Of a DNA stretch of 64,000 bases, positions 18,561 through 28,566 are shown piece by piece. Made by a program: the position numbers and the translations under genes. Position 1 is the first letter of the stretch, and each line of letters opens with the position of its first letter. The notes under the pieces were generated by a model. That model worked only from the letters and a program-made list of their open reading frames with translations. It did no database searches and was not told the origin of the DNA. The stretch is from a virus (Duplodnaviria; Caudoviricetes): IMG/VR virus record IMGVR_UViG_3300021400_000063. One strand, given 5' to 3'.

Positions 18561-21500
18561 TTATTTAGACACTTGTTTTACCATAGCATCAAGTTGTGAT
18601 GCGACTCTAGGATTACCTTGTGTCTTAGCCATAATAGCTACCATATTTAATAATGCTGAATAGAATTCTTCAGAAACGTTATTATGACGTAACTGCTCAC
18701 TATGAATTTCATCAAGAATATTTAATTTGTTAATTAATTCATTCTTGAAATCAATTACGAAATCATTTATTGGCGACTGTTTTACAGAAACTTTAGAAGC
18801 TACCTTATCTACAAGACCAGGAGCTCTTTTAACAGCATTTCTAACACTATCAGCAACTTTATCAGATCTTTGTTTAATCTGATTAAGAGTATTCTGTGCA
18901 CCAGCTGTTGCTTTTTCTTTAAGAATTCTGATATTATCAGTAGAACCTAATGTACCAAATGCATCCGGTCCACCACGTTCCTCACCAATATTAGTTATAT
19001 CACCGTGAGCAACCATTCCAGGATCATCTCCATAGAAATTACCACCGATCGGTTTCCAAATTTCATTTTTAATAACCGAACTTGCAGTTTCGTGAGCTGC
19101 TAAACCTGCTTGATCATAATTTTTCATGAGTTCAGCAGAAAGTTCATCAAAGTCACGTTTCAGATCGATATTATTAGAAGAAGTAGATCCAGTTGTAGAC
19201 ATACCCATTCTTTCAAGTTCTTTCTGAAGTTTCTTATATTTTCTAGAACCTTGTTTAGTTTGACTTAATTGAGCTTGAAGTTCAGCTTGTTGTTTTTCAC
19301 GGATAGCGGCTATAGTTGCACCGGATTTAAATCCTTTTTGCTCTAATTCTTCAAATTCCTTTAAAGTTGTTTTAGTTGTAAGCCATGCTAAATCATTATC
19401 ACTAACATATTTAGCAGCTTCTTTAAGGAATTCACTGATAAATTTATTTTGAGCTTCTACATCTTCACAATGTTTATCGATAATCTCAAGATATTTACCA
19501 TATTTACCAGCAATTTGTTTTTCAATAGCAATAATAGGATCGTATTTATGTTGCTTCCAATACTTATAGATTTTAACGTCTTCGAATCCAATTCTATTAG
19601 AATCGAGTTCATCACTATCTTTTTTAGAGAAGAAACTCTTGAAACCAGCTTTAAATCTTCCCCATGCAGTAGCTTTAATACTACCTTTTAGTCCAGCTTC
19701 ATAAGCTTTAAGTTTATCCTGTGGAGCACCAAGTATTTCAGCACGTCTTGTAATATATTTTTCATAATTGTTTGCAGCTTTAGCTATTTTTTCACCTTTA
19801 ACGATTATTTTTACAGCTAAGTGTTTTACAGTCATACCGTATATACTTTGACACATACCATCAAGTTCAGGCATATATTCAGAAACCCATCCAACCATAC
19901 CAGATGCAACAGCAATATTATCTCTATCAGGATGATCTTTTGGAATTGATAGACCTAATGTAGAATTAACCATATCGATAACATTTCCATTTTCATCATG
20001 ATATTTATAATTGGCACATTTAATAAATGTTTCAGCCATCTGCTTACCAATTCCAGGATTCATCTCACTATTGTAACCGCTAAGTTTATCGTTGAATTCT
20101 GTCCATTCGCTAATATGACTTTCGCCATATTTATCAGCAATTTCAATAAGTTTCTTAACGAAATTAGCTCGAACTTTTTTAGTATTACTAAATAAGTTCA
20201 TTATTCTTGCACGTTCCATCTGTGTATATGGATCCATAATTAAACCTTTAGTAGCACCACGTCTAAACGCATTAGCAATAGCTCTACCAATATGTTTACG
20301 TTCTTTAAAAACTTTTTTAGCACCAGCTACAAGAGCAATTCCACCACCAACTAATAATCCGCCAAGAGGACCAGCTACTAATGTTGCAATCGCTGTTGCA
20401 GATACAGTAGCTCCCATTTTCTTAACAGCTTTAGCTTCTTTATCAGTTATAGCACCTTTCTTTTTCAAAACACTATTTGCTAAAGAACCTACAGGATTAG
20501 TAATAATTCCTGCAGCACGTTTAGCTCTATCTTTACCAGATAAATCAGTTTGTGCATCTTGTCCAGTATATTTCTTAAATTTTTCGAGAGAACAGTGTGA
20601 GGTTAACCAAGCAATCTTGTTTTCCAAAACATAAGCACGACAAATTTCAAGATAAATCTTTCGATAAGTGTTTTGATGCTCCAATGCAGCGGCTTCAGCT
20701 TCTGCTTTAGAATTCTCATCTACTTCACCATCTCCATTATTATCAAGATCTTCTTTAGAAACAGCATTCATTTTTTCAAGATATTTCTTAAGTTTAGTAT
20801 CGTCCATACTTGCTATGGTTTGATCATCTTTCTTTTCTTCACGAAGTTTAGCAATTGCTCTATCAACACATTCTGTAGTAAGAGGAATATATTTTCTCTC
20901 TTTCCACATCTTATAAATATCAACAGATTGGAAACCAAGTAACTGCGAATCTCTTTCATCATTGTTTTTAGCAATTCCGAATGTAGCTACATTAGCAATA
21001 GATCTTCCTAAACGTTTAGCACCAGAACCAAGATTATCAAAGAAATTTCCACCTTTTTCAAGATTTCTATTTTCATAAGCTATCAAGTTCTGAGGATCAT
21101 CGATACCGAAGATAGTAGAACGCATATTATTATATTTTGTATATCTATCTAATGCTTCTTTTTCTGCACCTTTTCCAACTATAGAATAGAACCATTCTTC
21201 AGCATTTCTAAAACCCATAGCTTTACAAATAACACCAGGTATTCCTAAAAGTACACCATCAAGCATTGCGGCTAAACCACAAGCTAAACGCATACCAACA
21301 GTAGGTCTTAAACCTCTACCGATATTAAATGTAGTTTTAGCTCTAGACATTCCTTTAATAAAATTTGCTACAGCAGTTGCTGCTAAAGCAGCCCAACCTA
21401 TCCAGTTAGTAGCCATACCGTTTAAAGTAGCTAATTTAGGGAATATCTTAGATAATACTTTTTTAGCACCGGTTTTTATACCAGAAATGACCGATTTAAC

Positions 21501-24500
21501 ACCAGATTTACCAAGTTTAGCTAATATTTTAGGTGTACTTAAAAGTTTTTGTAAAACTTTTGTTAATCCGCCTAATGCTCCACTGCCACCGCCAACTGCA
21601 GCAGCAGCTCCACCTAACATTGATGAACCACCAGAAGCGGCAGCAGCGCCACCAAATTTACCAGCAGCTCCTAAAACAGTACTACCAATCTTAGATTTTC
21701 CTAAGACTGATACTATTTTACTATTTCCAGTTATATGTTTAGCTAAAGATCCACCTTTATTTAATACAGTCTGTATTCCTTTACCAAGTTTAGTATTACT
21801 TAAACCTGTATTATCCATGAATGCTGAAATCTTTCCAGACCAACCTTCACTAGAACCTTCTTTGGCTCCTTCAGAAATAGCATCTTGCATTTTACTAGTA
21901 GATTCATCGTCTAGTTTAAATCCTTTCTTTTTCCAACCCGTAATAGTTGAAACTAATGTGGAAAGTAAACCAAAACGCATTTTATTTTCTTTAGCTCTTT
22001 CTTTTTCTTCTTTAGCTCTAGCTTTAGCTTCACGTTGTTCACTGGCTGAATTACCTTCTACACCGTCTTCTTCACCAAGAGCTCTATTTATTTTTCTAGA
22101 AGCTTTATCTTTACGATTTTTAGCTTTGTCTAATTTATGATTTTCTCTATCAAGATCTTCATCTCTCATAGCTTCTAACTGTTTCTTTTCAGAAGCAGAC
22201 ATAGAATCACCATATTTAGACATTTCATTTTGGAAACTATTATTTATAGATGAAATATTCGAATTAATAAAATTGATAGATGCTGTTGCAGCTTCTTTAT
22301 CAAGTTCAGATCTCATCAAACCTTTAAGAGCACGTTTCAGTTTACCATTAAGACGTTTAGCAGATTTGTTAGCATCAAGAATAAATTCAATTTGTTTAGA
22401 AGCTTTATGATATTCGTTATCTTTAAAAGCTAATTCAACATCAATACCGAGAGAATCGATTACATCCATTGTAGCTTTTGTTCCGCCGAATAATTTAACA
22501 ATATCAGGATGAACATATTTTTCAATTATAGATAACTCTTCATTAGCATCTTTTTTACGTTTACTGAATAAACTCTTAACACCGTCAATAGATTTCTTAA
22601 TCATATCGAAACCTGTAACAAGACCCATTCCAACAATACCAGCTACTCCACCTTGTGCTTCATCATCCATATGTTTATCTTTTAATTCACGAATAGCTTT
22701 CTTAAAAGGTTGTAATTCTGGATTAGAACTTTGAAGTAAGAATTCTGCTAAATCAGTCATAGTATTGAAAGATTCGATCTTTTCACCAAAACTAGGATCT
22801 TTTTTAGCTATTTCTCCAAGAACTTCACCAAGAGTTTTTTCACCAACTTTTATTTTCTTTAATTTCTTAACTAAAGTGTTCTTAATGAATTTATCAAGAT
22901 TTTCTTTTCCTCTCTGTTTAGTCCAAGCAACTATACCACCGAATGATTTATCCAATGAAGCTGCAGACTTTTTAAATTTAATTAAATCTTGTTTACATTT
23001 GTTTAATTGAGGATTATCATAAGCAAGCAAAATATTGATTTTTTCATCAACAGATTTAGCAGAATTAAGATTTAAAATTAAAGAAGGATCGTTTATTTCA
23101 GAAACAATTTGTCCAATAGTTTTACCAGTTTCCTTATTTTTTAACTTGATAAGGTCTCCAGATAAAATTCTATTCTGATTCATTGCTGCTAATTTTCCAC
23201 CGATTTTATTTTTAACAGTATCAAGTATCTTGTTTTTAAAGTTTCCAAGTATACCTTTTATAGAACCAGAATTACTAAGATCTTCGAGAGCTTTAGCTCT
23301 AAATTCTTCAATCTTAGGTTTGAAAGGATCGAGTTCTTTATAATCTGCGTTTAACAAAATCTTACATTTTTCTGCAGGATCAGGTTCTTTAGCAAGTTTA
23401 TAATTAAGAACTTGGCTATTTATTTCAGCGAGAGCATCTTTTAATTTATTACCCTTATCATCCTTAATATTGATTAATTCAGTACCAAGAACTTTATTCT
23501 GAACAGTAGAAAGTCCACTATAAATTTTCTTACCTAAACCAGCTTTTATACTATCTAAAGTATATTTTCCACTTGTACTATCTTTAAAATCAGAATCAAA
23601 TTTAGATTTATTAGTATTGTATTGTTTCTGAGCTTCATCAGCAAAAGCTTTTGCTTTAGAAGAACCCATATCTCTAATAATATTGATTTTTTCTTCTACA
23701 GATGTAGCTTTAGAGAGTTTATTCATCAATTCTGAATTATTAGTCTCGGACACATATTCACCAAGAGTTTTACCTTTTACAGAAACTCTAGAAAGTTTAG
23801 AACCTAAAACTTTAATAGATTTTGAAAGTTCAGATCTGTTGAAAGCTGATGTAAAAATATTTGCTCCGAATTTTAAAGATTTAGCAACTTTAGAATTCTT
23901 TGTTTTCATTAACAAAGTTTTGATTTCAGATTTAATCTTATCTTTAGCTTCTTTAGGAGCTGAATCATATTGATTCTTTAATTCACGATATTTAGAACGT
24001 TCTTCTTCTGTAAGTACAGTTCTAAAATATTCGCCATTTTCATCAATAGGTTGGAATGAATCATGTACAGAATAGAAGTTTTCACCAAGAATTCTGTTAC
24101 CAAAATTATTGATACCATTAGTAGCTTTATTAAAAGTTCTATAAACACTTTTCATTCCAGGTATTTTTCCCCAAAGTGTACTTTCAAATGCTTTATCAGA
24201 AGAATTAAATGAAGCCTCACGATCTGCTAAAGTTTTACTAACAGAATCTACACCGAATACATTAGATTCGTCTTCTTCAGTTTCAGAAGCTTTAGATTTT
24301 CTTATAGTAGCTTCTCTTATAGAAAGAGCATTATCTACAATTTGTTTATGGTAATCATATTGTTTACCTGAAGGATTTTTAACATAAACATCCAATCCAG
24401 TTAACAAAAGATTAAAGATATTATTTATTAAACCATGTGTAGAACTATCATGTAAATCTGAAATAATAAATTTATCAGCATCGGAAGGAGAATGAACTTT

Positions 24501-26813
24501 GAGCATACCTGTTGTACTATTAGCTTCTTGTTCATTTAAATCTCTTTCAGCAGCATTTAATTTTTTAAGTTGATCGTTAATATCTTTTACACTTTCAACA
24601 TCTTTACCTAAATATTTGCTACTTAAAGATTCTAACTTTAGAGTTTTACTATCTTTTTTAAGTAAAGCTTCTTTTCTCTTTTCTAATTTTTGACGCTGTT
24701 TATTTAATTCATTGCGTTCATTTTCAAAAATATCGCTAGAAATAGAAGCATCGAAAGCTATACCTGCTCCAGCTCCAAAATATTTATCTTCATTTTCAAA
24801 GTTGTTAGAAGTCAATTTATTTTTATAACTAGCCAGATCTGTTTGGAAAGAAATCCATTCCTGAGGTTCAGCTTTAGAAAATTCTTTAATTGTATTGTAT
24901 AAATAATAAGCTACGATTTCCTCAGTTAATTCTCCAGTAGGAGATGGAACCCCTTCAAAGAATCTAGAAAAATTATCAGATTCATCATCGAGTAATGAAG
25001 CTAATACATCATCCATTTCTTCATCAGAAGCAATCATCATAACATTATGAATAAGAGTTTTCTTATTTTTCATAATGAATTTTTTAGCTTCAGTACCTAA
25101 ATTAACTGCGGCCTGTGCTTTATCTTTATTCCAAGTTTTATTATAATATCCTGCTTTAAATGTAGGATTAGTTTCATATTCAGTAAGAATCTGTTTATAA
25201 GAATTCTTTAAATCGATTCCAGCAGCAAGGCGATCATTGATAGCACTATATCCATTAGAATATTCAAGAACTTCATCTTTAGTTCTATCAAGATGTTTTC
25301 TAATAGAAGAAACTTTCTCCCATTTATTGCTCTTGTAATTAAAAAATTCTTGTTCAGTTCTATTGATACCAGCATCGATTTTTGCAAGTTGCCAAGGAAT
25401 AACTTCTGTTAAAGCTTTATGAGCAGCATTATCAAATGGATGCACTTCTGACGGATCCATATCATATTTGCCAGACTTTAATTTAACATCATTATCTACA
25501 TGAGCCCAACCAGCGAGTTGTTTTAAATCTATTTTATTTCCAAGACCAAATGGTAATTTACCTAATAATTTTTCTAAACCAGGAGCTCCACGTTTTGATA
25601 CGGAACCTAGTTTACGATTTATAGCACCAGGCAACCCTTCAAGTTTAGAATTTAATAATCTTGTGCCATAAGAAGATCGACCACCAGTGATAGCGTCTAC
25701 AGCGGATTCAAAGAGCATATCAGATATCATGTTTTTGAGAGCACCTGTACCGCCACCCATATCCATCATCATATCGATCATTTCTTTACCAGTGCCAAGC
25801 ATATCAAATGCTCCACCAGCAGCTTCAGATTTCATACTATTAAAGAAATGTTTCTGAAATTCTCCAAGATTAAATCCGCTAGTTTTACCATTTCCAAATA
25901 TAGACTGGAATTTAGATTTTCTGACATCACCAGGTTTCTTAGGTTTGATTTGAGACCATTGAGCATCTCTAACTTCTTTAACCATAGCGGCTAAATCTTG
26001 AGAGAATGCTAATTGTTTAGCAGAGAATTCCATTTGAGCTTTTATAGAAACATTTCCCTGCTCAATGATTTTACCAATATTTGTTGCAATATTTGTCATC
26101 ATCAACATTTTCTGTCGATGTTGTTCTTGAGAAATTTCAAGATTCTGAGCAAACATTGCTCTATCAGATTTAATTTGAGTTTGTGTAGCACCAACGATTG
26201 TAGCATTAGTTTTTTCAGTAAGTTTTGTATTTAATCTAGCATTAGCGTAACTTGATTTTACAACGGCAGAACCGACATTTAAAGTAGCTCCAACAGAACC
26301 GCTATCATCATCTGATCCGAGATTAAAATTAGAATCATCTCCACCTACATCAGAATCAAATGAAACATTATCACCGCCAAAGTCGAACCCATCATCACCA
26401 AACATATCACCGAACATTTCTTCAGCATTATTACGTTCGTCTTCAGTTTTTACAAATTTACCAGTTCTTGCTGCTTCTTTAATATCTTTTAGAGTACTTC
26501 CAGCTATATCTTTAGCGATACTACCATATTTTTTAGCTTCAGATTTCCAGTTAGCAATGTATGCTTTTGGATCAGTTGTAGAAGTTGTATCAGGCTTAAA
26601 TTTTTCACCAAGTTCAACAGCTTCAGGATATAAATGTTTTCCAGTTTTAACACCAAGATTAACTACAGATTTTGCAACATTTTTAAGATACCCTTTTACT
26701 CCTTTAGGAGCCTTGGTATCTTTATTAGTTTTATCAACATTTAAAGGGAAGAATTCGTCTCCACCAGTAGAGAAAGAAAAATCATCGTTTCCAGAATTAT
26801 TACCTTTTTTCAT
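18561..26813 (-). CDS. Tape-measure-like giant tail protein (2750 aa)
   Basis: Length, helical K/A/G-rich composition, internal repeats, position between tail tube/sheath and baseplate genes. Late promoter 26854-26867. Confidence 0.65.
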   Translation of the reverse strand: MKKGNNSGNDDFSFSTGGDEFFPLNVDKTNKDTKAPKGVKGYLKNVAKSVVNLGVKTGKHLYPEAVELGEKFKPDTTSTTDPKAYIANWKSEAKKYGSIAKDIAGSTLKDIKEAARTGKFVKTEDERNNAEEMFGDMFGDDGFDFGGDNVSFDSDVGGDDSNFNLGSDDDSGSVGATLNVGSAVVKSSYANARLNTKLTEKTNATIVGATQTQIKSDRAMFAQNLEISQEQHRQKMLMMTNIATNIGKIIEQGNVSIKAQMEFSAKQLAFSQDLAAMVKEVRDAQWSQIKPKKPGDVRKSKFQSIFGNGKTSGFNLGEFQKHFFNSMKSEAAGGAFDMLGTGKEMIDMMMDMGGGTGALKNMISDMLFESAVDAITGGRSSYGTRLLNSKLEGLPGAINRKLGSVSKRGAPGLEKLLGKLPFGLGNKIDLKQLAGWAHVDNDVKLKSGKYDMDPSEVHPFDNAAHKALTEVIPWQLAKIDAGINRTEQEFFNYKSNKWEKVSSIRKHLDRTKDEVLEYSNGYSAINDRLAAGIDLKNSYKQILTEYETNPTFKAGYYNKTWNKDKAQAAVNLGTEAKKFIMKNKKTLIHNVMMIASDEEMDDVLASLLDDESDNFSRFFEGVPSPTGELTEEIVAYYLYNTIKEFSKAEPQEWISFQTDLASYKNKLTSNNFENEDKYFGAGAGIAFDASISSDIFENERNELNKQRQKLEKRKEALLKKDSKTLKLESLSSKYLGKDVESVKDINDQLKKLNAAERDLNEQEANSTTGMLKVHSPSDADKFIISDLHDSSTHGLINNIFNLLLTGLDVYVKNPSGKQYDYHKQIVDNALSIREATIRKSKASETEEDESNVFGVDSVSKTLADREASFNSSDKAFESTLWGKIPGMKSVYRTFNKATNGINNFGNRILGENFYSVHDSFQPIDENGEYFRTVLTEEERSKYRELKNQYDSAPKEAKDKIKSEIKTLLMKTKNSKVAKSLKFGANIFTSAFNRSELSKSIKVLGSKLSRVSVKGKTLGEYVSETNNSELMNKLSKATSVEEKINIIRDMGSSKAKAFADEAQKQYNTNKSKFDSDFKDSTSGKYTLDSIKAGLGKKIYSGLSTVQNKVLGTELINIKDDKGNKLKDALAEINSQVLNYKLAKEPDPAEKCKILLNADYKELDPFKPKIEEFRAKALEDLSNSGSIKGILGNFKNKILDTVKNKIGGKLAAMNQNRILSGDLIKLKNKETGKTIGQIVSEINDPSLILNLNSAKSVDEKINILLAYDNPQLNKCKQDLIKFKKSAASLDKSFGGIVAWTKQRGKENLDKFIKNTLVKKLKKIKVGEKTLGEVLGEIAKKDPSFGEKIESFNTMTDLAEFLLQSSNPELQPFKKAIRELKDKHMDDEAQGGVAGIVGMGLVTGFDMIKKSIDGVKSLFSKRKKDANEELSIIEKYVHPDIVKLFGGTKATMDVIDSLGIDVELAFKDNEYHKASKQIEFILDANKSAKRLNGKLKRALKGLMRSELDKEAATASINFINSNISSINNSFQNEMSKYGDSMSASEKKQLEAMRDEDLDRENHKLDKAKNRKDKASRKINRALGEEDGVEGNSASEQREAKARAKEEKERAKENKMRFGLLSTLVSTITGWKKKGFKLDDESTSKMQDAISEGAKEGSSEGWSGKISAFMDNTGLSNTKLGKGIQTVLNKGGSLAKHITGNSKIVSVLGKSKIGSTVLGAAGKFGGAAAASGGSSMLGGAAAAVGGGSGALGGLTKVLQKLLSTPKILAKLGKSGVKSVISGIKTGAKKVLSKIFPKLATLNGMATNWIGWAALAATAVANFIKGMSRAKTTFNIGRGLRPTVGMRLACGLAAMLDGVLLGIPGVICKAMGFRNAEEWFYSIVGKGAEKEALDRYTKYNNMRSTIFGIDDPQNLIAYENRNLEKGGNFFDNLGSGAKRLGRSIANVATFGIAKNNDERDSQLLGFQSVDIYKMWKERKYIPLTTECVDRAIAKLREEKKDDQTIASMDDTKLKKYLEKMNAVSKEDLDNNGDGEVDENSKAEAEAAALEHQNTYRKIYLEICRAYVLENKIAWLTSHCSLEKFKKYTGQDAQTDLSGKDRAKRAAGIITNPVGSLANSVLKKKGAITDKEAKAVKKMGATVSATAIATLVAGPLGGLLVGGGIALVAGAKKVFKERKHIGRAIANAFRRGATKGLIMDPYTQMERARIMNLFSNTKKVRANFVKKLIEIADKYGESHISEWTEFNDKLSGYNSEMNPGIGKQMAETFIKCANYKYHDENGNVIDMVNSTLGLSIPKDHPDRDNIAVASGMVGWVSEYMPELDGMCQSIYGMTVKHLAVKIIVKGEKIAKAANNYEKYITRRAEILGAPQDKLKAYEAGLKGSIKATAWGRFKAGFKSFFSKKDSDELDSNRIGFEDVKIYKYWKQHKYDPIIAIEKQIAGKYGKYLEIIDKHCEDVEAQNKFISEFLKEAAKYVSDNDLAWLTTKTTLKEFEELEQKGFKSGATIAAIREKQQAELQAQLSQTKQGSRKYKKLQKELERMGMSTTGSTSSNNIDLKRDFDELSAELMKNYDQAGLAAHETASSVIKNEIWKPIGGNFYGDDPGMVAHGDITNIGEERGGPDAFGTLGSTDNIRILKEKATAGAQNTLNQIKQRSDKVADSVRNAVKRAPGLVDKVASKVSVKQSPINDFVIDFKNELINKLNILDEIHSEQLRHNNVSEEFYSALLNMVAIMAKTQGNPRVASQLDAMVKQVSK

Positions 26814-26853
26814 ATATTTGCTCCTTTAAAGGACATGTTTTACTTATTATTAG

Positions 26854-26904
26854 TATATAGAAATGTCTTTTAATAAACTAATACCAGACTTACATTTTTA
26901 TATA
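26854..26904. promoter_or_regulatory. Divergent pair of late-type promoters
   Basis: Minus GACA TTTCTA TATA (26867-26854) and plus TACA TTTTTA TATA (26891-26904). Confidence 0.65.
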
Positions 26905-26927
26905 AATATTTGGAGGATTCAACCGAA

Positions 26928-27416
26928 ATGAAACTTTTTAAGAAAATCAAAGCACGATATATTGCTAATTATATTATTAAGCAAATTCAAAAAATTAGTA
27001 AAACTGATACTTGTAACGAATATTTACGTGTTACTGAAAATATAAAGAAATCGAAATATATTTACATAAAATTTAATCTAATGGATGGTGTAAAAGATGT
27101 CCAGATGAATTTCATTGAATATTATAATTCTCATAAAAAAGCTGATGAAAGAGATTATTGTTATTTCCCAAGAAAATCAATTTTTGAATATTGGAAAATT
27201 TATAAAAAACATTTACCTAGTAAACTTTATAAATATCTTGATCTTTTAAGTAAACGATACGATTTTTATGAACCTGAAAAGATTAGAAAACTTGCTCTTA
27301 TGGTAATAGATAATATTTCTAATTCAAGATATGAACTTTCTGATGATTCAGTTGTATATAACACAATGGTTAATACAGGAATTAATTGTTATAAAATAAC
27401 TTTAAAACTTCTTTAA
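26928..27416 (+). CDS. Hypothetical protein
   Basis: ATG at 26928 after GGAGG. Late-type promoter 26891-26904. Confidence 0.55.
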   Translation: MKLFKKIKARYIANYIIKQIQKISKTDTCNEYLRVTENIKKSKYIYIKFNLMDGVKDVQMNFIEYYNSHKKADERDYCYFPRKSIFEYWKIYKKHLPSKLYKYLDLLSKRYDFYEPEKIRKLALMVIDNISNSRYELSDDSVVYNTMVNTGINCYKITLKLL

Positions 27417-27420
27417 AAAT

Positions 27421-27450
27421 ATAAGTACTGGGACGAATCCCAGTACTTAT
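27421..27450. terminator. Bidirectional terminator (UUCG loop on minus strand)
   Basis: ATAAGTACTGGGA-CGAA-TCCCAGTACTTAT. Confidence 0.8.
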
Positions 27451-27472
27451 TATATTAATTTATTGGTATAAA

Positions 27473-28564
27473 TTATTCACCAACGAACTTATCAGCACCG
27501 AATTTATTTTCGCCTGAAAGTTCACTGTACATACCGTCTACAGTTCTTGTAGCTTCGCCACTTACAGCAGATGTATCAACACCATACTGTTCTGTAATAG
27601 ATTTACGAGTTTCAAGAGCGTTACCGTATACATCACCAGCAGCATTAGAAGCCATACGTGTTGCGATAGTCATATCCAGTTGTTTCTGAACTGTTTCACG
27701 AGTAGCAGGATTACCAAGAGGTCCAACATATTTATCGTACATATATGCAGGAAGCATTTGTTCGAAATATGACTGACCAGCAAGGCCTGTACCAGCAAGA
27801 ATGTATTTTGCAAGAATGTTAACTTCTGGTCCATCCTGGAAAATACCAGAAAGAGTAACCGACTGAGCATCAACTGCTGTATCGCTACCGATTTCACCAG
27901 AGTTAAATTTAGAAATACCATCAGGAGATGAAGGCCATACTTCATTCCAAAGACATGCATATTCAATGTCACCAGGACGACATGTAGGTCCGAGGAATAC
28001 GTAAAGCAATGTTCCTGAATAGTTTGGACGGATAAAACGGAGATCCTTACCATACATATGGTGGATACCTGTTACAGGGTCAGTAATACCATACATCCAG
28101 TAACGCATAAGTTTACCAAGACCATCACCAGTACAAGTAATAGTATTGAGTGTAACATCTTTGTTACCTTGAGTAAGCTGACCAGGGAAGTCGAACTGTT
28201 GTCCATTTGGTCCAAATGTAACTGAACCAGAAGCATTGATCTGGTTATCAGCAATTCCTTCAACGCTTCTTACAGCATTTTCAAGGAAGAACTTAAGATA
28301 TTTAACAGCTACAGGATCGAAGAACGATGGTACTTTAAGCCATTTTACAATGAACTTACCAGTACGAATAGGTTCGAGAGCACCAATATGGTTAGGATCG
28401 AATGATTTAATACCATTCTGAGAAAGAAGATTATCGAATACAGATGATGCCATACCAACAGTTGTGTTATCCCAACCAACTACGTTATGGTGCATACCAT
28501 TGATGCCACCTTTTCCGAAATCTCCAGTATTTTTATACATACCTTCAATCATTTCTTCTGCCAT
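27473..28564 (-). CDS. Tail tube protein
   Basis: Directly downstream of the sheath. WMYGITDPVTG...Y...VWP tube-fold motifs and high-expression codon bias. Confidence 0.75.
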   Translation of the reverse strand: MAEEMIEGMYKNTGDFGKGGINGMHHNVVGWDNTTVGMASSVFDNLLSQNGIKSFDPNHIGALEPIRTGKFIVKWLKVPSFFDPVAVKYLKFFLENAVRSVEGIADNQINASGSVTFGPNGQQFDFPGQLTQGNKDVTLNTITCTGDGLGKLMRYWMYGITDPVTGIHHMYGKDLRFIRPNYSGTLLYVFLGPTCRPGDIEYACLWNEVWPSSPDGISKFNSGEIGSDTAVDAQSVTLSGIFQDGPEVNILAKYILAGTGLAGQSYFEQMLPAYMYDKYVGPLGNPATRETVQKQLDMTIATRMASNAAGDVYGNALETRKSITEQYGVDTSAVSGEATRTVDGMYSELSGENKFGADKFVGE

Positions 28565-28566
28565 AA

